Made by a program: the position numbers and the translations under genes. Shown here one piece after another: positions 9,120 to 18,273 of a stretch of 64,000 nt of DNA (within the stretch, counting starts at the first letter, position 1; the number at the start of each line of letters is the position of its first letter). The notes under the pieces were generated by a model. The model was not told the origin of the DNA, did no database searches, and was given only the letters and a program-made list of their open reading frames with translations. This DNA comes from Trueperaceae bacterium (GTDB taxonomy: Bacteria; Deinococcota; Deinococci; Deinococcales; Trueperaceae). The DNA is taken from positions 3,552,001 through 3,616,000 of the forward strand of contig OZ243927.1 of assembly GCA_965213925.1 (NCBI GenBank). Reading direction: 5' to 3'.

Positions 9120-9752
9120 TTAGCCCACTCTTAACTCTTCCTCCGCCTCACCCTGCAAACTCTCCTGGATCGCCTTGGCGACCTCGTCCGGTTTGAGCGC
9201 GCCCTTAGGCGGGTCGCCGACGTTATCCCAAAAGTCTGAATCCACCGCTTTAGGCAGCACGAGCGTCAGGGACGCCTTGCGCTTCATCTCGGCGTTCGCG
9301 ATTTCGACGAGCGAGGCGACGCCCGCTTTGGCGGCGGCGTACGCGCCGAAGCCGCGGTACTTGACCAGCTCGGGGCGAGCGCCGACCACGAAAATGCGCG
9401 CGCCCTTATTGAGTTTCGCCTCGGCGTATTTCAGGGTGAAAAATACGCCCGTCAAGTTCGCGTCCATCACACGTCGCCAGTTCTCGGCGCTCGCCATTTT
9501 GAGGAGTTCGGGCTGGATGTCGCCCGCCGTATAGACGACGAGGTCGAGTTCGTCTATCTCGTCAAACAAGGCTTGCACCTCCAACTCGCTCGAGACGTCC
9601 GTCGGCACGACTTTCGCGTCCGCCGCGCCTTTGAGTTCACGCAGTTTCGTCTGGTCGCGCCCGACGAGCGTAAGTGCGTAGTCCCCCGCTAAGCGCTTTG
9701 TGAGCGCCGAGCCGATGCCCCCCGTGGCACCGATGATAAGAGCTTGTTTCAT
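9120..9752 (-). CDS. Short-chain dehydrogenase/reductase
   Basis: GATGGIG Rossmann motif, YAAAK catalytic motif. Confidence 0.9.
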   Translation of the reverse strand: MKQALIIGATGGIGSALTKRLAGDYALTLVGRDQTKLRELKGAADAKVVPTDVSSELEVQALFDEIDELDLVVYTAGDIQPELLKMASAENWRRVMDANLTGVFFTLKYAEAKLNKGARIFVVGARPELVKYRGFGAYAAAKAGVASLVEIANAEMKRKASLTLVLPKAVDSDFWDNVGDPPKGALKPDEVAKAIQESLQGEAEEELRVG

Positions 9753-9837
9753 GTCTAGGAGGCTACCTTTCGTGTAGGAGGTGCGCCGTAGTACAGCCTA
9801 AGATTAAGCGCGTCAGCGTCTCGGCGGGTCAGCTTAC

Positions 9838-10061
9838 TACACCGTTAAGTAAAAAATGAGTGATGTCATTCTGAGCGGAACCCTCACCAGGGCAGGCTCC
9901 GTGGAGCGTAAGAATCTCTGCATTTGCCTTCTTGCCTAGCCGAGATTGGAGGACGAGACCCTTACGCATTCGCAAGGCTAACACGACGAAACAGCACCTA
10001 CGCCCGACTTCGTGAACAGGGTGACATCAGTAGGAAGTATCAATACTTGGTTTACGCTGTA
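9838..10061 (+). mobile_element. MITE-like element copy B
   Basis: TACACCGTTAAGTAA ... TTGGTTTACGCTGTA with the same inner REP pair as copy A. Confidence 0.75.
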
Positions 10062-10065
10062 TTAC

Positions 10066-10232
10066 TACAACGTTAAATAAAAAATGAGTGATGTCATTCT
10101 GAATGGAGCAAAGCGGAGTGAAAGAATCTCTGACCTTGCTGACTCCTCTGACAGAGAACGAAAAACGAGACCCTCACGCATTCGCTCAGGGTGACATCAG
10201 TAAGAAGGTGTCGATATAATGTTGACAGTGTA
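10066..10232 (+). mobile_element. MITE-like element copy C (tandem with B, minimal form)
   Basis: TACAACGTTAAATAA ... GTTGACAGTGTA; inner GTCATTCTGAATGGAGC...GAATCTC and GAGACCCTCACGCATTCGCTCAGGGTGAC. Confidence 0.75.
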
Positions 10233-10283
10233 CTGTCAGGAAAACCTAATGAGCTAATCCAAACCTGTGGGTAAGACTAACCG

Positions 10284-11252
10284 CTAATTGCTAACACCCG
10301 CTTTGCTCACCTCGAGCGCCCGCTTCGCCACCCTTTGAAACACCTCTTTAAGCGCTAGCGGTTCACGCACCTCGAGCTTGCAGCGCAGATAGAGCAGCGA
10401 GAGCGCGAACGCCTCTAAGTCCGTGACCGTGCAGCGTAGCAGCGAACCGTCGCCCTCTCTCGTCACCGTTTTATCCGGCGGAAGATGAGGTAGAACGTGC
10501 GGCAACGCCTCCGGGGTGAGCGCCAGCCACACCGTGACGCGCCGGGACTCGTGCGCGAACGCGAGACCCTCGCGCACGAAGGCGCGGAGGTCGAAGGCGG
10601 CGGGACGTTCGAACGTGTCGGCACGTTGCGCCACCCCTCTGATGCGGTCCACCCGGAAGAGCCGCCGCCCCCCTCGCAGATGGCAATAGCCCGCTAAGAA
10701 CCAGCGCCCTTCGTGTTGCAACAGTCCGAGCGGGTCCACCTCGCGAGAGGTCACCTCGCCGCCTCTCGCTTCGTAGGTCAGCGCGGCGCGTCGGCTTGCG
10801 TAAGTCGCGGCGGCGAGCTGGGTGAGAACGGCGGCGTCCGCGTCCACTATTCCGCGAGGTCGCTCTAGCTCCAGCGCTGCGCGGAGCGCGTCCACTTGTT
10901 CGCGGATGGAGGTGGGCAGGACGCGCTCTAACTTCGTCTGCGCCCCAGCCGTTGCGGGCGCGATCTCGCTTAAACCCAGATAGGTCAATGCGTCCAATCC
11001 GAGTACAAGCGCCAACGCCTCCTCTGTCCCAAACATCATCGGCGGCAGCCGAAAGCCCGGTCTGAGGCGGTAGGAGCCGCCCGGACCTCTTGTAGAGGTC
11101 ACGGGCACGCCGAGGTCTTGGAGCCGCGCCACGTAGCGCTGCACGGTGCGCACGCTCACCTCTAAACGCTCCGCCAATTCCGCGCCCGACATGCGCTCTT
11201 TGGTCTGCAAAAGCTCGAGCACGGTCAGTACACGCATGGAGGGATCGTACAT
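10284..11252 (-). CDS. YafY-family HTH-WYL-WCX transcriptional regulator
   Basis: MYDPSMRVLTVLELL, LEVSVRTVQRYV HTH, WFLAGYCHLR...FRVDRI WYL domain; start revised to ATG 11252. Confidence 0.92.
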   Translation of the reverse strand: MYDPSMRVLTVLELLQTKERMSGAELAERLEVSVRTVQRYVARLQDLGVPVTSTRGPGGSYRLRPGFRLPPMMFGTEEALALVLGLDALTYLGLSEIAPATAGAQTKLERVLPTSIREQVDALRAALELERPRGIVDADAAVLTQLAAATYASRRAALTYEARGGEVTSREVDPLGLLQHEGRWFLAGYCHLRGGRRLFRVDRIRGVAQRADTFERPAAFDLRAFVREGLAFAHESRRVTVWLALTPEALPHVLPHLPPDKTVTREGDGSLLRCTVTDLEAFALSLLYLRCKLEVREPLALKEVFQRVAKRALEVSKAGVSN

Positions 11253-11275
11253 ACCTCTTATCCTGCCACAAAAAG

Positions 11276-11308
11276 CCGTCAAGCCCTGACGGGAATAAGG
11301 TCTACACT
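11276..11308 (+). promoter_or_regulatory. Candidate WYL-regulator operator and -10 box of the dinB-family gene
   Basis: CCGTCA-N5-TGACGG at 11276-11292; TACACT at 11303-11308. Confidence 0.6.
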
Positions 11309-11367
11309 TTGAGTAAGATTGCTCGAGGGTGATGAGGTTCTGGGCGACTCCGAAAGGACGGTTGTAA

Positions 11368-11895
11368 ATGAGCGCGAATACGCAGGCAAATCCTACCGAC
11401 ACTCGCGAGGTTTTCCTAAGCCCGGCGGCGCTACTAGGGCACTGGCAAGGTCACAGACGCTTGACGCGCCGCACGGCCCAAGCCTTTCCCGAGGACGCGC
11501 TTTTCGATTTCTCGGTGGACGGTATGCGCCCCTTTAGCGCGATGACGCTAGAACTCATCATGATGACGAGGCCCGTCCTCGAGCACCTCTTGGGCGAGGG
11601 GACAGACGTCGACCTCGAGGCGTGGGAAGCGAACACGAAAGAGGTGCAGCAACAGACCCGTACGAAAGCTGATCTGCTCAGCGCGTGGGATGAGAGTGAT
11701 GCGCTCTTAGCAGAGACGTGGTCACGCATCCCGGCAGAGCGTTTTCACGAGGGCGAGTCCGCTTTTAACTTGCCCGCCCAACCCAACCGGGATTACGTGC
11801 TCTACGCCGTCGACAACGAAATTCACCACCGCGCGCAGGGGTTCGTCTACCTGCGGCTCTTGGGACTCGAGCCGCCCGCGTTCTGGGAGCGGTGA
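11368..11895 (+). CDS. DinB/YfiT-like metalloprotein
   Basis: HWQGHRRLTRR, DNEIHHRAQGFVYLR; GAAAGGA RBS. Confidence 0.9.
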   Translation: MSANTQANPTDTREVFLSPAALLGHWQGHRRLTRRTAQAFPEDALFDFSVDGMRPFSAMTLELIMMTRPVLEHLLGEGTDVDLEAWEANTKEVQQQTRTKADLLSAWDESDALLAETWSRIPAERFHEGESAFNLPAQPNRDYVLYAVDNEIHHRAQGFVYLRLLGLEPPAFWER

Positions 11896-11946
11896 GTGTT
11901 ATAGATGGTGATGTCCCTCTGACCCAGACTCGGTAGACTAGACTTA

Positions 11947-13188
11947 ATGTCAGAGATCATTCGCCGAGAAACCGTCACGACGTGGGTCGGAAGCGTGCCC
12001 GTCGGCTCCGCACACCCCATCGTCGTCCAATCCATGACCAACACCGACACCGCCGACGCTAGAGCGACCGCGGAGCAAGTCGCGCAGCTCCACCGTGCGG
12101 GCTCCGAAATCGTGCGCATCACCGTCAACAACAAAGAGGCGGCGCGGGCGGTGCCGGAGATTCAGGAGCGGCTGGCGGATGTCGGCTTAAACGTTCCTTT
12201 AGTCGGCGACTTTCACTACAACGGACACATCTTGTTGAGGGAGTTTCCGCAAGCGGCGCGCGTTTTGGAGAAGTACCGCATCAACCCCGGCAACGTCGGC
12301 GCGGGGCGCAACTTCGACAAGAACTTCCTCACGATGATTGACGTGGCGAAGGAATTCGACAAGCCTGTGCGCATCGGCGTGAATTGGGGCTCACTGGACC
12401 AGCAACTCCTCACCAAACTGATGGACGAAAACGCCGCCCTGACGCAGCCCAAAGAGGCGCGGGACGTAATGATCGAAGCGATGCTGCAGTCCGCCTTACT
12501 CTCGGCGGAGCTAGCGGAAGAGCACGGCTTAGGTCACGACAAGATCATCATCAGCGCGAAGGTCTCGAACGCGAGGGACTTGTGGGAGGTCTACCGCCTG
12601 CTCGCGAAGCGCTGCGACTATCCTTTGCACCTCGGGCTGACCGAAGCGGGCATGGGCGTCAAAGGGGCGGTCTCGAGCGCTGCAGGCTTAGCGCCTCTTC
12701 TTGCGGAGGGCATCGGCGACACGATCCGCGTGTCGCTCACGCCCGACCCTGGCGCGCCGCGCGAGAAAGAGGTCGAAATCGCGCAGGAGATTTTGCAAGC
12801 TCTTAACCTGCGCTCGTTCGCGCCGACTGTGACCGCGTGCCCCGGCTGCGGGCGCACCACCAGCACGCTCTTTCAGGAGATGGCGCGCGACATCCAGGCG
12901 TACCTCAAAGCGCAGATGCCCACCTGGAAAGAGTCCTACCCCGGCGTCGAGACGCTCAAGGTGGCGGTGATGGGCTGCGTAGTGAACGGTCCCGGCGAGT
13001 CCAAGCACGCCGACATCGGCATCTCGCTGCCCGGCACGGGCGAAGACCCCAAAGCGCCCGTCTACCGTGACGGGAAGTTCGTCGGGACGCTGCAAGGTCC
13101 GGGGATTGTCGAGGACTTTAATAAGATGCTTGACGAGTACGTGGCGTCTCGGTATGGGTCGGCGCGGGGGGAGCGGGTGGCGTCTTAG
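11947..13188 (+). CDS. ispG: (E)-4-hydroxy-3-methylbut-2-enyl-diphosphate synthase
   Basis: [38 protein letters not shown]. Confidence 0.97.
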   Translation: MSEIIRRETVTTWVGSVPVGSAHPIVVQSMTNTDTADARATAEQVAQLHRAGSEIVRITVNNKEAARAVPEIQERLADVGLNVPLVGDFHYNGHILLREFPQAARVLEKYRINPGNVGAGRNFDKNFLTMIDVAKEFDKPVRIGVNWGSLDQQLLTKLMDENAALTQPKEARDVMIEAMLQSALLSAELAEEHGLGHDKIIISAKVSNARDLWEVYRLLAKRCDYPLHLGLTEAGMGVKGAVSSAAGLAPLLAEGIGDTIRVSLTPDPGAPREKEVEIAQEILQALNLRSFAPTVTACPGCGRTTSTLFQEMARDIQAYLKAQMPTWKESYPGVETLKVAVMGCVVNGPGESKHADIGISLPGTGEDPKAPVYRDGKFVGTLQGPGIVEDFNKMLDEYVASRYGSARGERVAS

Positions 13189-13229
13189 GGGTCTGGCGTT
13201 TTCTTTCTGCTAAGTTGAAGGGGTAGGTA

Positions 13230-13379
13230 TCATCTATGAATGTGATTACTCAGAAACGCTTTTTCTACTGAGAGTGTCTGTAGCTATCTGTCCTCTAAAT
13301 TGGAAGAGCGCAGATATTATCCATAAACGTGATGCTCAACTGAAGCTTTCTCTACCGAGAGCGTTTGTGACCAGATCAT
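13230..13379 (-). repeat. Diverged tandem duplication (87-nt period) with a 20-aa ORF at 13379-13317
   Basis: Copies translate QTLSVEKASVEHHVYG* and QTLSVEKAFLSNHIHR*. Confidence 0.55.
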
Positions 13380-13589
13380 ACCTGCTTGTGATTGTAGGGT
13401 GCAATGAAGTCGTCTTCCTCAAACCTTCATAGCATTAGTGAAGAATTTACTTTATGACTACAAGACTCTATTCAGGCGACGCTTACACAGTTTTGGCACT
13501 AAAGGTCCGCTCTTGACGTGCACCTTGAACGTCGCTTTCACCGAGGTACATTGTAGTCATCCTGCCTGTCCCTGTCCCCCGGAGGTGAC

Positions 13590-14463
13590 ATGACTTTAGA
13601 GAGAGCCATTGCGCACTGCACCGAACTGACCAAAGTTCATTCGAGCACCTTTTATATGGGCTCGAGGCTCTTTCCGAAGGGTCAGCGCCGCGCTGTAAGT
13701 GTGATTTACGCCGTGTGTCGGAGCGGGGACGACGCCGTGGACGAAGCGACAACAGCCGAAGCGGGGCGGGAGCGGTTGGAGAGATGGTGGGAGCACGTGT
13801 CGCGGGCGTATGCGGGGACGCCCGCAAAACGGCGAACCTTTAGAGATCGGTCTCACCTGGGTGCTCGAGAACCACGACGTACCGAAAAGCGCGTTCGACG
13901 AGCTGTATCTTGGGGCTTGGAGTCCGACTTAGGGCACAGCGCCCTGCTACGAGACGATGGACGAACTCATGCTCTACTGCCGCCGCGTGGCGGGCGTGGT
14001 CGGGCTGCTCATCGCGCCGATTCCAGGGTACCGGGGCGGCGAGGAGACGCTAAAATGCGCCGTGGCTCTAGGTCAAGCCATGCAGCTCACCAACATCTTG
14101 CGCGACGTGGGCGAAGACTTGGCGATGGGACGCTGCTACATCCCCAACGAACTGCTTAACAAATATGACGTTACTTTAGAAGAACTCGAGGGCGGTGAGG
14201 TGAGTGAAGGCTACGTGGCGCTCCTAGAAGACCTCTTCGACTTGACCAACGCGCTCTACCGTCAAGGTTGGCAGGGTATCCCTAGACTCAAAGGCTTTTC
14301 CGCCACGGCAGTAGGGGTAGCGGCGCTCAACTACGAGGGTATCTTGCGCAAAGTGAAGCAAAATCATTATGACAACCTGACGCGGCGCGCCTATCTCAAG
14401 CCGGTGGAGCGGATCGCTTTGATACCGCGCGCGGTGGTGGGTGTCTACGGGAGTTTTCTGTAG
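13590..14463 (+). CDS. crtB: Phytoene synthase (frameshifted in this sequence, probably homopolymer errors)
   Basis: HSSTFY, DDAVD, YCRRVAGVVG, QLTNILRDVGED; removing four single bases in A/G/G/C runs between about 13825 and 13945 restores one reading frame. Confidence 0.85.
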
Positions 14464-14608
14464 GCTGGTTTAGCCCGATTATGGTTCTCTAAAATTTCTG
14501 ATGAGGAGTTTTTCACATTAGCCAATTCAAATACTTCTCATTACAACGGCTAAATGGTACTCTGCTGCCCATAAGAAAGCTAAATTTTTCTGAGGTGGGA
14601 GCTTCTTT

Positions 14609-15490
14609 ATGCTTGAATTTCTGGTTGGTATCTTAGCCCTCGTTTTTCTCGTCAACCTTGTCTTTTTGGTACTTTGTGTCCTACCTTTTGTACGTAGACG
14701 CTTTCCCAAGTTGAGACGCCGTAGCCTCATTCTATCTATTGGAACCTTTGTAGCTTTCATGCTTCTTAACAATCAGCTACCTGAAACAGACACTATTGAG
14801 ACAGTAGCTACGGACAATAATGCATCTGAGAATACTGAAACAGTACCTACAGGTAACTTCGAAAATGTGGAGGAGCGACCACTCGAAGTCAACACAGCTA
14901 AAGTAGAAGAAGCAGATAGAAGCGAAGAAGATATACCTGAGAATGTTCAAGTAACCTTCACAAGCGATCCTAAAGGTGCAGAGCTTTTTGTTGATCGCAA
15001 GCTAGAAGGCACTACACCATTAACAGTGCAAGTGCCAAATGGTAAAGATATCAACTATCAACTTATAGCTGATCAAATGCTCTACAGACCTTTCGAGGGA
15101 ACTCTTAGCGCAACAGAAGACGAGAGTATTAGTGTCTGGATTGATCGACTCTCAGCCGAGGAAGTAGAAGCGAGAAAGATAGAGGCTGAGGCTGCCGCTG
15201 AAAAGAAGTTACGAGAGGAAACCATAGAGATTCTAAGGGATAAAGAAGTCGAGGTGAGGAGTATTTGCAAAAACATCGTAAAAAGGAGTCTCCGCGCACC
15301 AAGTACAGCTAAATTCCCTGGAATCTTCAATACAAGCGAGACTTATTCTTACGATCCTTCTCTTGGAACCGCAGTATTTACCTCTTATGTAGATGCTCAA
15401 AATGGATTCGGGGCAATGCTTCGCAATCGCTTCGCCTGCTCATACAGCCTCGAATCAAACACTGTTACCCTAGAATATTTGGGAGAATGA
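14609..15490 (+). CDS. Membrane-anchored PEGA-domain protein (low GC)
   Basis: Two N-terminal TM helices, TSDPKGAELFVD...GTTPL PEGA motif, C-terminal LRAPSTAKFP...VDAQNGFGAMLR domain. Confidence 0.8.
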   Translation: MLEFLVGILALVFLVNLVFLVLCVLPFVRRRFPKLRRRSLILSIGTFVAFMLLNNQLPETDTIETVATDNNASENTETVPTGNFENVEERPLEVNTAKVEEADRSEEDIPENVQVTFTSDPKGAELFVDRKLEGTTPLTVQVPNGKDINYQLIADQMLYRPFEGTLSATEDESISVWIDRLSAEEVEARKIEAEAAAEKKLREETIEILRDKEVEVRSICKNIVKRSLRAPSTAKFPGIFNTSETYSYDPSLGTAVFTSYVDAQNGFGAMLRNRFACSYSLESNTVTLEYLGE

Positions 15491-15495
15491 CTCAA

Positions 15496-16734
15496 TTACT
15501 CACGCCGCTTGAAACGGGCGATGTAAAACCCGTCCAAACCCTCTAAAGGCAGAATGTAAGACCCTGTTGACGTATTCTCCGCGGGCAAGTCGAACAGAAA
15601 AGATTCGGCGCTGAACTCGGGGTAGCTTGCCAGGAACCACTCGGTCATCCCTCGTCCTTCTTTGTGAGTAAGTGCGCACACGGCGTAGACGAGGATGCCG
15701 CCCGGCGCGGTGAGTGCGGCGGCGGTTCCTAAGAGTTCGCGTTGGAGTGCGGCGAGTGCGGCGGCGCTTTCTAGTGTAACCTTTGTGCGGAGTTCGGGAT
15801 TTCCGCGCAACGTACCCGTCCCCGTGCAGGGCGCGTCGAGCAAAACTTTCTGCGCAGCGGGAACGCCGGGGACGGTCCGTAAGTCGTGCCCTAACCCCTC
15901 CACTTCAAACCCCAGCCGCGCCAAGTTCTTCTCCGCTCTTTTGAGCTTATCTGCGTGAAGCTCGATACTTAGAGGACGCGCCCCCGCCGCCGCGAGCTGC
16001 GCCGCTTTAATGCCGTTGCCGCTCGCAAGGTCCAACACGCGCTCGCCGCGCTCCGCTTCTAGGAGGCGCACGGGCAAGGTCGAGGCGGGGTTCTGTGGCT
16101 GCACCCAGCCGCGTTTGTAGGCGCTAAGTTCTGCGAGAGACCTGCTCGGGCGCACAGCTAGCGTGCCGTCCACTTTGCCGAGCGCGACTTCGCAGCCCTC
16201 TTCGATGAGCGAATGGGTCGCCTGAGGATGGTAAGAGGTGAGCCAGAGCGGTTCGGGTTCTAACATCCCTTTTGCCACCGCCTCCGCCCTCTGTGCGCCG
16301 AAGAGGTCTTCCCACTGTGCGAAGAGCCAGTCGGGGACGCCGTAGCGGGTAGCGGGTGGTAGCTCGAGCAGCTCGACTTTGCGAAGTACAGCGTTCACTA
16401 GACCGGAAAGCTTTCTCGAGCGTTTTTTGACGACCTCCACCCACTCGTTCACGGCGGCGCGGCGCGGCGTCTCTCGGTAGAGAATTTCGTAAGCGCCGAG
16501 TCTCAGCGCGTCCCGAACCTCTAGCGGTAACTTGTCGGGGCGTTTGAGGTAGGGCGCTAGGCAGGCATCCAAGGCAAGTTCGAGCCGCAAGGTTCCGTAA
16601 ACTAAGCTCGTCACGAAGCCTCGGTCCTGGGTGCTAAGAGGAGAGGTTTCTAAAGCCGCATTTAAGGTGGGCGCAGAGAAAGCGCCGCGGTGAACGCGGC
16701 GCAGGGTCTCTAAAGCGGTCTGTCTAGCGGTGAT
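15496..16734 (-). CDS. rsmB: RsmB/Sun-family rRNA m5C methyltransferase with NusB-like N-domain
   Basis: LDLASGNGIKA, LLDAPCTGTG, VYAVC; frame open upstream of 16614 to the yugP stop and encodes TARQTALETLRRVHRG; start tentatively ATC 16734. Confidence 0.85.
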   Translation of the reverse strand: MTARQTALETLRRVHRGAFSAPTLNAALETSPLSTQDRGFVTSLVYGTLRLELALDACLAPYLKRPDKLPLEVRDALRLGAYEILYRETPRRAAVNEWVEVVKKRSRKLSGLVNAVLRKVELLELPPATRYGVPDWLFAQWEDLFGAQRAEAVAKGMLEPEPLWLTSYHPQATHSLIEEGCEVALGKVDGTLAVRPSRSLAELSAYKRGWVQPQNPASTLPVRLLEAERGERVLDLASGNGIKAAQLAAAGARPLSIELHADKLKRAEKNLARLGFEVEGLGHDLRTVPGVPAAQKVLLDAPCTGTGTLRGNPELRTKVTLESAAALAALQRELLGTAAALTAPGGILVYAVCALTHKEGRGMTEWFLASYPEFSAESFLFDLPAENTSTGSYILPLEGLDGFYIARFKRRE

Positions 16735-16737
16735 AAC

Positions 16738-17394
16738 TTACCGGCGGCTCGCCAGGATGAAGTAGACGAGGTAAGCGATGGAGGTCGCGGCGGCGGCGAC
16801 GTAGGTCATTGCAGCGGCGGTAAGCACGCTTCTCGCGCCTCCTTGGTCGCGCGGGGTCACGATGCCAAGTTCTTTAACTTGCGCCAGAGCGCGTCTACTC
16901 GCGTCGAACTCGACGGGTAGGGTGACGAGATGGAAGAGTACGGCGGCGCTAAAGAGGATGATACCGATCTGCAAGAGCCCACTAGCGCCAAGAATGAGCC
17001 CGAACATCGCGGCGTAAATGCCGAACTGCGAGCCGATGTTCGCTGCGGGCGCGAGCGCCGAGCGCCATACGAGTGGCGAATACGACTTGGCGTGTTGAAT
17101 CGCGTGACCGACCTCGTGAGCTGCTACAGCCATGCCTGCAACGCTAGGGCGGTTATAGTTATCTTCTGAAAGACGTACGACGCGCTTTGTGGGGTCGTAG
17201 TGGTCGCTTAGCTGCCCTGGCACCGACTCGACCTTAACGTTATCAATGCCGTTCGCGTGTAGAATAGCCCTGGCGACCTCAGCCCCGGTCAACCCAGAGG
17301 CGTTTTGCACTTTAGACCATTTACCGTAGGTCATGCGCAGCCAACCACTGATAGCCAATGACACAACAAAGCCGACAATACCGATTAAAAGCAT
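16738..17394 (-). CDS. YugP-like membrane zinc metallopeptidase
   Basis: LSDHYDP, AAHEVGHAIQH, TLPVEFDASRRA, AAAMTYVAA. Confidence 0.92.
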   Translation of the reverse strand: MLLIGIVGFVVSLAISGWLRMTYGKWSKVQNASGLTGAEVARAILHANGIDNVKVESVPGQLSDHYDPTKRVVRLSEDNYNRPSVAGMAVAAHEVGHAIQHAKSYSPLVWRSALAPAANIGSQFGIYAAMFGLILGASGLLQIGIILFSAAVLFHLVTLPVEFDASRRALAQVKELGIVTPRDQGGARSVLTAAAMTYVAAAATSIAYLVYFILASRR

Positions 17395-17560
17395 GTTCCC
17401 TCCTGAGTATTCAACCTCTTCCCAATTATATAGAAGAGGAGCGCGGCAAGGTGTCTACCGCGCGTATATGAGTTAAGTATACTCAGATTTTCTTAAATCA
17501 GCGTGAGAGGCGCGACATTGTCGGCTTCATCAGCCGCGTAAGAGTACGCTCGAGGATGAA

Positions 17561-17836
17561 CTAATCATCCTCGAGCTGTTCACTGCGCACAGTGAAACGC
17601 ACCGCGGTGCGCTCCTCATTTTGCAGCTCGAGTTTGACAAACGAAGGCTGCGTAGTGAGGTCGAGTCCGTCGGGCTCGATGTAGCTTCTCGCAATGGCGA
17701 TCGCCTTGACCGCTTGATTGACGGCTTGCGGACCGATGGCTTGCACCTCCACCTCGCTCTCACTTCGCAAAAGCGCAGCGATGGCACCTGCGACGGAGTT
17801 GGGACGGGAGCTTCCCGAGACACGTAGAGTTTCGAT
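17561..17836 (-). CDS. spoVS: Stage V sporulation protein S family nucleic-acid-binding protein (ATC start)
   Basis: xETLRVSGSSRPNSVAGAIAALLR...AIGPQAVNQAVKAIAIAR; AAGGAGG 7 nt before ATC 17836. Confidence 0.92.
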   Translation of the reverse strand: METLRVSGSSRPNSVAGAIAALLRSESEVEVQAIGPQAVNQAVKAIAIARSYIEPDGLDLTTQPSFVKLELQNEERTAVRFTVRSEQLEDD

Positions 17837-18113
17837 AGCGGAACCTCCTTAAACCGAGCGAACGGTCCTTACGCCGTACCCAGGGGGACAACTGGGAGAA
17901 CGGGTCAAAGACGACAGGTATCGACGAAGTGTAACACCTACCGCCTTCAAAGTCACTTGTAACACAAAATCGTACCGTGAAGCGGGATGTGCCCGTATAT
18001 TGGGCTCGGCCCGCTCACGACCTGATCTTATTCGAACGTACTTTGCCTGCTGAAATCTATCCATGATTCAAAACGTAGCTTCGACGCGCAACTTTTTGCA
18101 ACTGTAACGGTGC

Positions 18114-18142
18114 TTGACAGCCTCCTTCCCCCTTTGTATACT
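18114..18142 (+). promoter_or_regulatory. Sigma70 promoter of the ilv operon
   Basis: TTGACA-N17-TATACT. Confidence 0.9.
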
Positions 18143-18150
18143 CCGTTCAG

Positions 18151-18255
18151 ATGTTCCATGTCCACTTCACATTTTTGTTTACAGAATTCGCTTCCGAATT
18201 TGTTGCTGTGATGGCGGGTGGCGTCCTAATTCTAGGAAGCTGGGGCGTCGTCTAG
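18151..18255 (+). CDS. ilv operon leader peptide (34 aa; alternative ATG at 18211)
   Basis: MFHVHFTFLFTEFASEFVAVMAGGVLILGSWGVV*; Val-Leu-Ile-Leu control codons; 3' end overlaps the antiterminator arm. Confidence 0.75.
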   Translation: MFHVHFTFLFTEFASEFVAVMAGGVLILGSWGVV

Positions 18256-18273
18256 CGTTTTTTAGACCGACTG

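Noticed and set aside
9838..10232. CRISPR array from tandem repeats here or at 13230-13379
   Set aside because: Units are long or diverged, have no regular unique spacers, and there are no cas genes
11253..11402. N-terminal extension of the WYL regulator
   Set aside because: Runs through the divergent promoter into dinB; the family-typical start is MYDPSMR at 11252
13820..13960. Programmed frameshifting or true pseudogenisation of crtB
   Set aside because: Four single-base gains, all in homopolymer runs, restore a clean protein; this pattern fits long-read consensus error
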